DNA of 64,000 nucleotides, from assembly GCA_038087875.1 (NCBI GenBank), contig CM075994.1:11720001-11784000 (forward strand). The letters are read 5' to 3'. The translations under genes and the position numbers were made by a program. Shown in pieces: positions 40,767 through 53,983 of the stretch; the stretch's first letter is position 1, and every line of letters starts with the position of its first letter. Source of the DNA: Malacoraja senta. Taxonomy: Eukaryota. Below the pieces are notes generated by a model. The model saw nothing but the letters and a program-made list of their open reading frames with translations, searched no databases and was not told where the DNA came from.

Positions 40767-41596
40767 GCGGTGCGACTTGGTTGCAGCGGCCTCTGCAGTC
40801 CGTCTGTCTTTTTTTATTTTTTTGGTTTCGTTTGAGTTTTGTTTTTTAGTGTTTTTTTAACTGGGTATGTATGGGGGGCGGGGGGTGGGGGGTAGGGAGG
40901 GGGAAACTTTTAAAATCTTTTCCCTGCACGGGAGAACCGACCTTTCCCTGTCGGGTCTCCGTTGTCGTTGGGGCCTAGCACCGTGGAGCGGCCTCCAACC
41001 GGAACGACCTGGGGCTCCAGTCGCGGAGCCTGCGGACTACTCACCATCGTGGAGCTGGCCGACTTCGGAGCGGGAGGAGCTGTGGTGGCGCGCTGCTGTG
41101 ACCCGACCCCGGAGATTCGGAGGCTCCAGCCGCAGGACTGGTGGACGGTAACATCGGGAGCCCGCGGGTCCATGGTGGGAGACCGCTTTTCGGAGCTCCC
41201 GCAACGGCAGCTACTCCCGCCCGAGTTGCGGGGTTGAAGATGACCTGGAGCGGGGTCTGGCATCGCCCGGTGCGGCATTGGTGGCCGTGAGACTTGCTGG
41301 CGCTACCGGGGGCTACAACATCGAGACCCGGAGCGGGGTCTGGCATCGCCCGGCGCGGCTTTGGTGGCCGCGGGATATGTTTACAGTCGCCCGCCGGGGG
41401 CTTTGACTCTGACATCGGGAGTGCAGGGGAGAGATAAGACTTTGCCTTCCATCACAGCGAGGAGACTCACTGTGATGGATGTTTGTGTAAATTGTGTTGT
41501 GTCTTTTTTAATTGACTGCAGAAACAGAATTTCGTTTGAACTTAGGTTCAAACGGCAACAAATAAATATCTATCTATATCTATCATATCTATCTAT
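40767..41596 (+). mobile_element. Non-coding GC-rich retroposon, copy 2, inserted in the L1 endonuclease region
   Basis: Colinear with 21037-21906; ends tttgaacttaggttcaaa, then aataaa and (tatc)n. The L1 frame ECTQH|NLIIGGDLNC is split by it. Confidence 0.8.
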
Positions 41597-43659
41597 AACT
41601 TAATTATCGGTGGAGACTTAAATTGTACACTGGATGCTTACTTGGATAGATCATCAACTCAAAGAAAATTAAAATCTCAGTCAAGTGAATTTCTAAATTC
41701 ATATATTAATACTACCAACATTAAGGATGTTTGGAGAATTGAAAATCCATCTGGTCGAGAATACTCATTTTACTCACCAGTGCATAAGACTTACTCAAGG
41801 ATAGACTACTTTTTAGTAGACTCTAAACTTATCCCATTTACCTATAATTCGCAATATCATAATATTATAATATCAGACCATGCTCCACTAACATTTATGA
41901 TTAAACTAAATGGAATGACCGAGACACAGTCACAATGGAGACTTAACCCCCAAATCTTAAAAGAAAAACTATGTAATGAATATCTCGTAAAACAGATTAA
42001 TATGTTTTTGAGGCTAATGATAGCCCTGGAATCTCTGCCTCCCTTCTTTGGGAAACATTTAAAGCATTTGTGCGAGGAGCATTAATCTCTTCACAATCAT
42101 TTCATAACAAAGAGAATAGGGCCAAACAGACTTTGGAAATGGAAATAAGGTAATTAGACATAGAAAATGCAATAGCACCATCTATGGCAAAACACAATAA
42201 AATTGCAGAACTGAAATATAAGTTAAACAAGATATACTCAAACCAAGTTATAAAACTATATCAACATACAAAACAATTAAACTTTGAATTTGGTGATAAA
42301 CCACAAAAACAATAATGCGTCAACTTAGTAAACTGGATGGGGAAAAAACAATTTACAAAATTAGATCAGACAAGGGAGAAATATTAACACTGCCTAAAGA
42401 TATTAATGATAGATTTTTACAATACTATCAAAAACTGTACTCATCTAAAACGACAGAACAATCAGCAGGAATGGAAACATTTCTACAGAAATGTAACCTT
42501 ACAGGTTTAGATCAGAAAGAGAATCACTAGATGCAGAAATTACGGTAAAAGACATCGAAGAGTCAATTAGTTCTTTAAAAAACCTAAGGCCGCAGGTCCT
42601 GATGGTCTAAGCTCTGAATTTTATTAAAAAATTTACGATCTGATTTCTCCAAGTCTACAGACACTATACAAATACGCTTACACTCAACAGAAACTCCCAG
42701 AAACTCTAAATGAATCTACAATCATACTTATACCAAAAACGGATAAGGATCCTGAAGACCCAGGTTCATATAGAGCAATAGCTCTCTTAAATACTGATCA
42801 AAAAATATTAACCAAAATCCTATCTCATAGATTGAGCTTAGTGATTAACAAATTAATACACCCCGACCAAACTGGTTTTATTCCAAAACGTTACTCATTT
42901 TATAATTTGAGAAGACAATTCAATATTATATATTCAAATAGAATTCCTAATGTAGACCTAGCAATTATATCGTTAGATGCTGAAAAAGCATTTGACCAGG
43001 TAGAATGGTCATATTTATTTTCGGTAATGGAAACATTTCAACTATGAGAGAAGTACTGTACATGGATTAAACTGTTATATTCCAATCCAACAGCTAGAAT
43101 ATTAACAAACCAAATGTTATCAGCTAAATTTAATCTTTCTAGAGGTTGCAGACAAGGATGCTCACTATCCCCACTCTCATTTGCTCTTGCAATTGAACCA
43201 TTAGCAGAAAGCGTTAGAACCCATCCAGGAATACACGGGTACAACACTAGAGATACAAGGAATAAAATGTCCTTATATGCAGATGATGTACTAATATATA
43301 TCACAAAGTTGGAAACTAGTATTCCAAATCTATTAAAACTAATAACTCAATTTGGTCAGTTCTCAGGATATAGAATTAACTGGAATAAAAGTGAAATCAT
43401 GCCAATAACAAAATTCAATTTAAATACATTGCAACAATCCCCTTTTAAAATAGTTAAAAATAAACTTAAATATTTAGGAATCTATGTAACTAAGACATAT
43501 ACCTCTTTATTTAAACTAAATTTTCCATCCTTACTTAATAAGTTACACAAGAATATTCAGTACTGGAAAACAATTCCCATTTCAATGCTTGGTAGAATTA
43601 ATGCTATAAAAATGATCTTCTTACCGCAACTACTGTACCTATTTCAATTAATTCCGATA

Positions 43660-44480
43660 TAGAGTATAGAAGAGAGATCGAGCAACTGTCCATATGGTGC
43701 CAGCACAACAACCTGGCCCTCAACACCAGCAAAACCAAGGAACTGATTGTGGACTTTGGAAGGAGTAGGATGGGGACCCACAGTCCCGTTTATATCAACG
43801 GGTCGATGGTTGAAAGGGTCAAGAGATTCAAATTCCTGGGCGTGCACATCTCTGAAGATCTTTCCTGGTCCGAGAACAATGATGCCATTATTAAGAAAGC
43901 ACATCAGCGCCTCTACTTCCTGAGAAGATTACGGAGAGTCGGTTTGTCAAGGAGGACTCTCTCTAACTTCTACAGGTGCACAGTAGAGAGCATGCTGACC
44001 GGTTGCATCGTGGCTTGGTTCGGCAACTTGAGTGCCCTGGAGAGGAAAAGACTACAAAAAGTAGTAAACGCTGCCCAGTCCATCATCGGCTCTGACCTCC
44101 CTTCCATCGAGGGGATCTACCACAGTCGCTGCATCAAAAAGGCTGGCAGCATCATCAAGGACCCACACCATCCTGGCCACACACTCATCTCCCTACTACC
44201 TTCAGGTAGAAGGTACAGGAGCCTGAAGACTGCAACGACCAGGTTCAGGAACAGCTACTTCCCCACAGCCATCAGGCTATTAAACCTGGCTCGGACATAG
44301 CACTGAACTTTATTAGCCAATACTGTTATTTGCACTTTATCAGTATATTGACCATTGTGTATATATTTATAGAATGCCTTGTAGTAAGTGCCTACTATGT
44401 TCTGTTGTGCCCAAGCAAAGCAAGAATTTCATTGTCCTACCAGGGACACATGACAATAAACTCACTTGACTTGACTTGAC
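43660..44480 (+). mobile_element. Rex1/Babar-like LINE 3' end inserted in L1
   Basis: ORF 43749-44300 FKFLGVHIS...AHQRLYFLRRL...LPSGRRYRS...NSYFPTAIRLLN; (cttga)n tail. The L1 frame LIPI|YIPK is split. Confidence 0.9.
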
Positions 44481-46325
44481 TATATATCCCAAAAAACTTT
44501 TTCAAAAAAGTCGATTCCATTGTTACAAGCTTTATTTGGGATTATAAGAATCATAAAATAAGTTAAAAACATTTATGTAAGTCAAAGAGCAACGGAGGTT
44601 TGGCTTTGCCAAATTTCTTATTTTATTTTTGGGCAGTCCATATTAAAAACATGAATTTCTGACTGGAAGAAATGGATCAATATCCAGATTGGTTAAGGAT
44701 GGAAAAGGAAGACTGTTTACCTTTTGAAATTGGTTCGATTATATTTGCTCCCACAAAATTGCATTAAAAAACCTATAAGGAAAACCCTATAATACATAGT
44801 GGAATACGAATTTGGAAACAATAAAAAAAAAGCTTTAAAACTGAATAATATACCACTATGTCTTCCCATTGTAAATAATCCTTTATTCAAGCCATCCATA
44901 TTGGATAGAGGTTTTATACAATGGACAAATTATGGAATTAAAAAGATTGGACATCTTTATAGGGAAGGCATCTTTCTGTCATTTCAAGAGTTACAACAGA
45001 ATCATGGACTACACTCAAATATTTTTTTCAGATACCTATAAATTAGAGATTATGTTAAATCTAATACACAAGTATATAGGACTAGGGAACCAGAAATTCT
45101 TGATGAATGTTTGAATAAGCATCCTAACACTGAAAAATTAATAGCTTATATTTATAACACCCTCTTAAACAATGAGGTACCACCGATGGAACTATATAGA
45201 CACACATGGGAAAATGAGTTAGGTCACTCTATAACGAAAGACATTTGGGACGAAAGTTTACAACATATGCACCAATGCTCGTTAAATGCCAAACATGCTT
45301 TAATACAATTTAAAGTCTTACACAGATTATATTACTCCAAAATAAAACTAAATAGAATCTTCCCACATATTTCTCCTATCTGTGATAAATGCCTGCATCT
45401 AGAGGCCAATTTAAGACATACTTTTGCAACTTGTATAAAAATTAAAAATTTCTGGATTGATATTTTTCAAATCATTTCTGAAGTTGTTAATACAAAATTG
45501 GACCCAGACTCAAAATTAACAATACTTGGGATATCAGAACAAAGTTTAACACTCACAACAACCCAAAGAAACTTCCTTGACTACAGTATAATAACTGGGA
45601 ATATTAAAATTTTGGAAAGGTCCTATAACCCCCACAATTAAAATGTGGATTGTGGAAATGTCGGAGACCCTACATCTAGAAAGAATTAGACTTGTCTTAA
45701 TGGACAAACAAGAACTTTTTGTTAAAATATGGGCTCCATTCATTAACTATTTGAAGGGATAGATGGGCCCAGCACGAAAACCCAACTGAAGCTTGAACTC
45801 AGGATTAGATGTAAAATTATATTTCATAACCTACGAACTTATCTCCAATGACGTATTATAAGTAATTCATTCCACCTCTTTTTTTTTTGTTGATATTTGA
45901 AATGCTTTTTTCTTTCTATCTCTCTTTTTCTATCTATATTAAAAAAACACTAGAAGCAGAATTAATCGACAATTGACAATTTTAATAATGTATGATTGAT
46001 GTATATGAAAAGTTTTTTTTTTCTATTATAATATGTTACTATACTTTATAATATGTTTGCTTCTAATAAAAATATTAATCACAGGAAGTACGAGGGCGGG
46101 CACGTGACGTCATGGGCTAGAGGGAGTGTCCTGGTACTTAAGGTCATCTCACCTCGAGACCTTAAGGTATTCAACTGGTAGCTGAGCCCGAGTGAACAAC
46201 CTCGCTCAGCTACAGTAACACTGTTATTATAGTTAGCACCAACCTAACGTGTCACCACTGAATAAACGACTCTTTGAACCGTCCTGATGTCTCACCTTTA
46301 TTCACCACGTCTGGTACGGCTACAC

Positions 46326-46339
46326 TGGTGACCCCCGAC
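46326..46339 (+). promoter_or_regulatory. Primer-binding site, tRNA-Trp-like
   Basis: tggtgacccccgac directly after the LTR end. The canonical tRNA-Trp PBS is TGGTGACCCCGACG; this copy has one extra C. Confidence 0.75.
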
Positions 46340-47598
46340 TGTCCAAATTGAAATTTGGATTTTACCTGACGCACGCAGCCTCGGGAGGGAGACCTGATGT
46401 CTACAGCCGGCTGCCCAGCCCTGCAGAACTACGCTGCCGCCAACCCGGCCCTGCAGTGAGGTATGCCGCTACATCTGGGATGCCGCCTCTTCCCCACCAG
46501 CTGCTGCTGCCGCCGCTCTCCCACTCCTGGCAACGGGGCAGGCTGCCTTGTGTGACGGCCGGCGAGCTCCCCCGCATAGCAGCCTCCTGCCCATAGCAAC
46601 GCCTACACACGCCCGACGGCCCCAGGAGCAGAGAGAGTACCCGCCGCTTTCCCGCTCCCGACAACGGACCTGGCCCCGGCCTCGCACCGTGAACATGGCT
46701 CCATGCCCTGCACTGCACCGGGCCTCTCCGCTCCAGGCCCTGCCCCGGCTTCACCTCACCACGGACCCAGCACTGCAACAGGCTCGCCGCGGCTCCACGC
46801 CCAGCACCGCACCTGGACTCACCGCAGCCACGGCTCCAAGCCCTGCACTGCACCTGGCCCCGCCGGCCGCTGCCGAGGGCCTGGCCACCCGATGGGGCGG
46901 GCTTACCTGGGGCACCTGCCGAAGAAGCCCTTCTCCTCCTCACCGGCGTGGACTCCGAAGATCCCTGGGCGCTGGCTGGCTGCCTGTCTGGCCCAGGGAT
47001 TCAATTGCTGGTGAAGGCCGCCTCAGCCGGCCGGCAAAATGGCCGCTGCGGCCTCCTGAACAAGCGGACGCTCCGACTACAAAAATGGCCGCTGAGAAGC
47101 TCGAACTCACCTGACCGCCATTCACAGCGCCACTTTCCGGCCGGATGCCGTCACTGCTGCCTCACCACCGTCCACAGTGCCACCGTCCAGCCGGATGTCG
47201 TCACTTCAGCCTCACCGCCGTCCACAGCACCACCTTCCAGCCGGATGCAGTCCCTGCAGCCTGACTACCGACAACAGCGCCACCGTCAGGTCGGAGGCTG
47301 TCACTGCAACGCTGCACAGCTTTCCTATCCTGCACTAAACACTGGACAATTTGAACTTTGGCCACTGATTGCACTTTAATTTGTGTTGTTACTGTTCCTT
47401 TTGTGTTCACTGCATCTCCACGCCCGGTTCAGAAATTGGTTTGTTTATTTTATTTTGCTTTTTCCCCTCATTGATGTCGACGTCTCCCAGCCATTGCTGG
47501 GGCCGTATTTCACAGGACACTCTCCCTTAGCTGGTCGAGGAGATGCGACTGTGTCTCTTCTGTCCGTCGGTTTCCGTCGGTCTTCTGGCACCCTTCAT

Positions 47599-48018
47599 CC
47601 TCGGGATCGCCCACGCAGAGCGTCACTGCGCCCGTGGTGCCCACGCAGAGCGTCACCGCGCCCGTGGAGCCCACGCAGAGCGTCACGCGCCCGTGGAGCC
47701 CTCCATCCCGACCCACGCCAGGGGTGTCCCAGACATGCAGAAGCCGCCCTCGATTTTTTCGCCGACCCCACATGCAGTTGCCGCCCTCGACCATGCTATT
47801 CCTTCCGTCCGGCAGTTTCTGCATCGGTCCCCTTGCACCCCTCGGTACCTCGGGATCGCCCACGCAGAGCGTCACTGCGCCCGTGGAGCCCACGCAGAGC
47901 GTCACTGCGCCCGTGGAGCCCACGCAGAGCGTCACGCGCCCGTGGAGCCCTCCATCCCTACCCACGCCAGGGGTGTCCCCCACATGCAGTAACCGCCCTC
48001 GACCATGCTATTCCTTCC
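47599..48018 (+). repeat. 30-bp tandem repeat (3 copies) within a ~249-bp duplication in the LTR-element interior
   Basis: Unit cccacgcagagcgtcactgcgcccgtggag occurs three times at about 47610-47700 and again at about 47859-47949. Confidence 0.9.
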
Positions 48019-48365
48019 TCCGGTTCTGGGGGGGGGGGTCCTGTGGCATCAGCCTATACACGGGCCACTTATGCTTGAACCCTCGTCAGGAAGTACGAGG
48101 GCGGGCACGTGACGTCATGGGCTAGAGGGAGTGTCCTGGTACTTAAGGTCATCTCACCTCGAGACCTTAAGGTATTCAACCGGTAGCTGAGCCCGAGTGA
48201 ACAACCTCGCTCAGCTACAGTAACACTGTTATTATAGTTAGCACCAACCTAACGTGTCACCACTGAATAAACGACTCTTTGAACCGGCCTGATGTCTCAC
48301 CTTTATTCACCACGTCTGGTGCCGCTACAATGTTCTCATTCTTTAGGAAACGGGGGTTCCCCTCT

Positions 48366-49350
48366 TGGCGGCGCATGTACATGCAGCGGCTCAACACTCC
48401 TCGAGCCGGCGCTACTTAATTAGTATTCTTTTAGTTTATCTATTATTGAGTGCCACGTATGCATACGTTAACATATCACGCAACCGACACAAATTACTAA
48501 ATATCGGTTCGATGCACAGTGGCTGTGTTTCCAACAAGGCAAACTTTGGACACAACATTCCGCCAGAGCTCGTCAGACCGCCGGGATCTCCGTGGATTAC
48601 TGTCCCACCCGGAAAGCAACGAAGGTGACGCAGAGAGAGGAAACAAAAGTGAGGCTGCCGAGCTGGGATACATGCTGGGCTTGGAAATGATCCGCACAAA
48701 CCTCCACTGTCAAGTCTTTTCATCACAAATGCAAGATCACTTGCCAACAAGATGGAAGAGCTGGAACTTTTCACATCTACGCAGAAAAACATACAGAACT
48801 GCTGCGTTATGATCATTATGGAAACGTGGCTTAACCCGATGATCCCGGAGGAGGCTATCAGGTTGCGCATCTCACCGCTACGACAGGAACAGAGACTCCG
48901 GTAAGAGCAGGGGAGGAGGACTTTGTGTATATACAAACAACAGGTGCACAAATGTAAAGGTAATTTCGGACTTGGAATTTGTATCAATAAAATGTCTCCC
49001 TTTCTATATGCCACGAGAATTCACGGTTGCCATAATCACAGCTGTGTACATACCACCAGATGCTAATACTATAACAGCTTTGGACTATCTGCTAACCGCC
49101 ATTAGCAGACAACAGTGCGCCCATCCTGACGGAGTTTTTTATAATAGCGGGTGATTTTAACCAAGCAAAACTAAAGACTGTCCTCCCAAAATTGTATTAA
49201 CATGGCAGTGCCCCACAAGAGGAAAAAACATACTTGACCATGTTTATAGTTTTCATTAAACAAAGGTACAAAGCATCACCTCTCCCCCATCTGGGCCACT
49301 CTGACCACATCTCCTTGTTTTTAACTGCAGCATACAGACCTCTTATCAAC
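48366..49350 (+). mobile_element. Rex1/Babar-like LINE 5' part (APE endonuclease), degenerate
   Basis: PPLSSLFITNARSLANKMEEL, PFYMPREFT..TAVYIPPDAN, GDFN and SDH motifs. Confidence 0.8.
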
Positions 49351-49560
49351 ATGGTTGTAGATTGGTTATTTGCTACTAACCAAATGTAGTGTTTTTTTAG
49401 TAGTTGCTCCGCCTAATATGCGATTCATATTACCTAGAACTTGATTACGTAAGTCAGTCTGAGTAGCCACCTCCTACCTTTTCTTAATCTCACCGTCTCC
49501 ATCACAGGAGACAGACTATCAACTGACATTTATTATAAACCCAATGACTCCCACAGCTAT

Positions 49561-50097
49561 CGCGGAGCGGGCGATGCCTTGCCCGGGTCGCCGCGCTGGA
49601 ACTCTGGTATGCTGAGACCGCCGATGAACATCGTGGAGCTGCGGGGCAGTGTAGCGGCCAGCTGCGGGCGGCGGCTCTGATGAACATCGGGAGCCTGGGA
49701 TCTCTCGCCGAGATCGCCAGTGGTGGAGCTCCATCTAGTGCGGCCTGTCGGCTTCGGAAGCCGCGGTCTCCGGTAAGGAGGCGGCCGTTCCAGGTTTCCC
49801 ATGCCGCTGAGAGGATTCTCCCGACGCCGGAGCACCATCATCCGGCGAGAACGGCCTGGAACATTGGGCCTCTGTAAAGGCGACTGCGGAGGCCTCAATA
49901 GGCCCGACTATGGGTGGACATGCGGATGGGGACTGGACTTTGTGCCTTCCCTCATAATGGGAACAATTGTGGGGGGATGTTTTTTATGTTTAAATTTCTT
50001 TATTACTGTTATGTTGTATTCTTTTTTTATGTGCTGCAATGGCAATACGCATTTCACTACACCAATTGGTGTATGTGACGAATAAAGAACCTTTGAT
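49561..50097 (+). mobile_element. GC-rich non-coding retroposon with Rex1-type tail, inserted in a Penelope fragment
   Basis: Shares gacttt(gt)gccttcc and a catttc-hairpin-aataaa tail layout with the 21037 and 40767 elements. Penelope sequence flanks it at 49460-49560 and 50098-50495. Confidence 0.6.
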
Positions 50098-51344
50098 ATA
50101 CACCTCCAACGGGATCCCACCACTAGCCACATCTTCCCATCTCCACCCCTTTCCGCAAGACCGTTCCCTCTGTAACTCCCTGGTCAACTCGTCCCTTCCC
50201 AAACTTCCTCCTCTCCAGGTACTTTCCCCTACAACCGCAGGAGATGCAACACATGAGCAGGAGATGAACCTATACTTCCCTCCTCAACTCCGTCCAAGGA
50301 CCCCAACAGCCATTTCAGGTGAGGCAGAGGTTCACTTGCACCGCCTCCGACCACATTTACTGTATCTGCTGTTCTAGGTGTACCTGTAATGTGCTCTCTG
50401 AAAGTGAAGGGGGCCATTCATACGTGAGCACATTCACATTTTCTGCAAGTCCATCCAGGTGTGGACTCATATATATCAGCGAGACCGAGCGCAGGACTCC
50501 TGCTTTTGCATCATTATGGCTACCTAGTATTATGGTTATAAATGTATTCCATTTTTTAATTCATGTTTTATCTGTGTGTGTGAGTCAAGCCTGTTAAGCT
50601 CCTAGCTGCAAGAATGTCATCGTTCTGTTACCGGTACATACGACAATTAAACACTCTTGACTCTCCAAGAATTACTGTGGGGCGTCAGCAGAAATGCAAC
50701 CCACCACATTCTACAATGTCATGACTTAGCAGATTCCTCATTCATCTCTTCTTTTCAGTCAAGCCAGCGGATCAAGTCTGGTTCAATGAGGAGTGCAGAA
50801 GGGCAGCTTCGGGTATATCCAAAAATGATGACATGCCAGCTCAGTGCATCTTCTATACCATGCATGATCCACAGTAAAAGCAGCACACGCAGGCAGCATC
50901 CCTGGAGAGAAGGAACGGGCCCTGTCCAAGGAAGGAGATGGCCGGAGGCCCACAACAGCCTAGGATGTGTCGGGAAGAGGCACTGCTCATAAGAACTAGA
51001 GCGTGGACTTTTAAAATGGCACTAAAATATGGCGCCTCTTGCATACGGGTTCTGTAGACTATTTCTGTACACTTGCTAATCGAGGATCAGGGGTATGACA
51101 ATACTGTACAGGACGCTTTGTGTGAAAAATAATCTCATTGTGTTAGCACTTCGCACATGTGGCAATAAAAGTACCATTGAACCATTGATGGCGGGGAACA
51201 GTTGAGAGAGCTAGATATAACAAATACAATACGACAGGGCAACATCCCGAAGACCTATGCCGCTAGCTGTATCTCTGGGTAAGCTGCTACAGTGGAGTAA
51301 TAACACCAGACTCTACCCAGCAATGTGGAGGATTGCCCACCTAA

Positions 51345-53485
51345 TGGTTGCCGGAAGTGAGTGAACGCTGGCGTGACTAGCTGCCGCTGCTCTCTCTCCG
51401 AATTATGTATTATTGCTGTCCCTACTACTTCTTAATGCAATTTGAGCAGGGAATCTATCTGTCAACACACTTCAGCAACTTGTCTGCTGACTTTAATGGA
51501 ATAACCTGCATATATTGACTGTTATTACCTTATTCTTTTTGTTGTTGGAGCTCATCACCTCACCTCCACTACCTGCCGCTCCTGTTTCCGGCCGCCGCCG
51601 TTTGGATTAATCGCTGGCCACAATGAGGATTAACAGCTTGTTTTTGTGGAATGTGCTTGTCTGGATCACTCCCTCATCCATACTCGATCCTGTTACACCA
51701 ATTCTCGGTGGATGAACTTCTCCAGCTGCGACGCCAACTGTCCGACCCAACCCCGGTGTTACATCTTCACCTGGATCTGGCTCGTCATTATCGTCGGAAA
51801 TATATCCACCGTGGCTCCGGACGGAGATTCAACATTGATGACACAAAGCCAATAAGATCCTTCTGGTCATTGTCACCTCGTCCCCCGAGAAAGCACCACC
51901 GTGCTGTTGCCCACAATGTGCTAACTAACCTTGCCAGGTCGGCTAGCGCTAATCTCATCTACACCACCGTCTCTGTCGGGCTGTTCAACATCCGCCTACT
52001 CACCAACAAGGGTCCCCTGGTCTACGATCTTTTACAGGACAACAAATTAGACTTCTTGTGCCTGACAGAAACCTGGCAGCGCCAGAATGACTACACACAG
52101 CTCAACGAGGTTTGTGTGTGGTCATTTGTTTACACCTGTCAATCACGCGCCGCAGGCCGAGGGGACGGTGTCGCAATGCTCTACAATGTCAAGTGGAGAA
52201 TGTCTCCTGTCACTGTCCCTGCCCACAACTCATTCGAATCCATAATCCTACAAATCAGTGGACCCGTCCCTACTGTTTTAGCCACTATCTATCGCCCACC
52301 CAACCCCAATAATATTTTTTTTAATGATTTGTCTTCCTTTTTAACATCTATTTACTGCATGTCCCCAAATGTCATAATACTGGGTGATCTTAATATTCAC
52401 ATGAACAATATCAGCAACACTCTTACAAGGGACTTTTCTTCAACTCTAGACAGTTTTGGATTACAGCAACATATTAACTTTCCCACACACAACAAAGGTC
52501 ACATCCTGGACCTCATCTGCTGCTCTGGTTTAACCCCTTTTAATAGTACTGCATCTGATCTGCCCATCTCTGATCATAAGCTAATTTATTTTAATGTCAA
52601 CTTACCACCACCCAAAACAAATCAGTCTCGCTCCATCTCATTGCGTAACATCAAGAATATTGATCTACCTCCTCTCTCTGTTGGAATTAACAATCTCCTC
52701 GATATAGATAAATTAGTCAACACTGATGATCTGGTTTCACATTACAATGATGGACTTCACAATCTCCTGGACACTCTCGCTCCTCTGAAAACCCAGACTG
52801 TTTATTTTACTCACTCTGCCCCCTGGTACACACTTGCTCTACGCCAGCTAAAAATAAAAGGACGTCGCATGGAACGTCTCTACAAAAAAAACGGACTTGT
52901 TGTTCACAAGGACATGTATGACAACCACATACTGCACTATAAGGATGCCCTCTCCACAGCTAAATCCATATACTGTACTAATTTGATTTCATCTGGCGAA
53001 GGGAACACTCGAGCCGTTTTCCACAATTAACATGATCTTACGACCACCTTATACTTCCACCCCACTTGTACTCAACTTCTCAATGTAATAGTTTTATATC
53101 CTTTTTCAAAACCAAAATTGAAAACATTCATCAACAGCTCCCCTCTTTATCTAATACGGATAATAGTGCACTCCATCCACCTTCCTCTGTCCCCCCCCTT
53201 TCTTTATTATCTAGTTTTCAACTCCCAACTGTTACTGAAATATCTGATCTCATCCGAAAATCCAAATCATCCACCTACCAGCTCGACCCCCTCCCCACCC
53301 ACTTAGTCAAAACCTGTCTCCTTCCCTCTCCTCTTTCATAACTAACATCATCCACTCCTCCCTTATTTCTGCTCATGTTCCTTCCTCTCTCAAAACCTCT
53401 GCAATAACTCCAGTACCTAAGAAACCCGGTGCAAATCCCAACAATAATTTCCAACCAATCTCCAATTTGCCATTTATCTCTAAAA
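51345..53485 (+). mobile_element. L2-clade LINE (APE endonuclease and RT start), interrupted by L1
   Basis: ORF 51651-53030 has LCLTETW, IYRPP, GDLNIH, PTHNKGHILDL, SDHKL and APWYT. It continues LDPLPT and NFQPISNLPFISKI, then breaks off. Confidence 0.85.
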
Positions 53486-53983
53486 TTTCCGGTAGCGCCA
53501 TGGAACACTTAGGGCGCTGCATTGAGCTCCTCTCCCGTAAAATCGCTAAAAAGCCGTTTTAAAGTCGGGACTGACTCTAAAAATAACTCACCGGAGCTGC
53601 TTGGCGTCGCATAAGGGTGACATCATCAGAAAACGACGCTAAAATCGGGAGTTTAACGGTAAAAATCGGGACTTTTAAATGAGAAGAGAGAAAAGCTCAC
53701 GAGGACCCAAGAAAACTACTATAAGTCTCCAGCTTGAAAAAGTTTTGGATATTCTGCAAACAACAGAAGAAGGCTTAGAAGAGTCTTACAGGACTTCCGG
53801 TGGCGACATGCTTTGCTAGCAGTCGCAAACTTTTTAGCTCCGCTGAAAAAATCGCGATTTTTCGCGTTAAAATCGGGTCTGGAGGTCGGGACCGTTTTTA
53901 AAAACTTACCGGAGCTTCATGTCGCGGTGCTGATGACGTCATCAGTAAGCGCCGCGATTTTAACGGAGGGAAAGTCATTTTAA

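Larger units (their letters stand above)
40358..46082 (+). mobile_element. 5'-truncated L1 (ORF2 pseudogene) with 17-bp TSD
   Basis: SWNVKGINEPIKR, YSRIDY, LYADDV and CDKC motifs with stops and frameshifts. TSD aggaagtacgagggcgg at 40341-40357 and 46083-46099. Confidence 0.92.
40295..48329 (+). mobile_element. Non-autonomous LTR retrotransposon (Gypsy-like) whose 5' LTR is split by an L1
   Basis: 3' LTR 48042-48329 (TG...CA); 5' LTR 40295-40357 plus 46100-46324. 4-bp TSD ATGT at 40291-40294 and 48330-48333. PBS 46326-46339; G-run PPT 48028-48038. Confidence 0.9.

Noticed and set aside
47599..47950. 30-bp repeats resembling a CRISPR array
   Set aside because: Units are directly adjacent with no unique spacers, the context is eukaryotic, and there are no cas genes.
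46348..48125. Many overlapping 100-230 aa ORFs in the LTR-element interior
   Set aside because: Low-complexity Pro/Arg/Ala translations expected from GC-rich, stop-poor repeats; no domain motifs.
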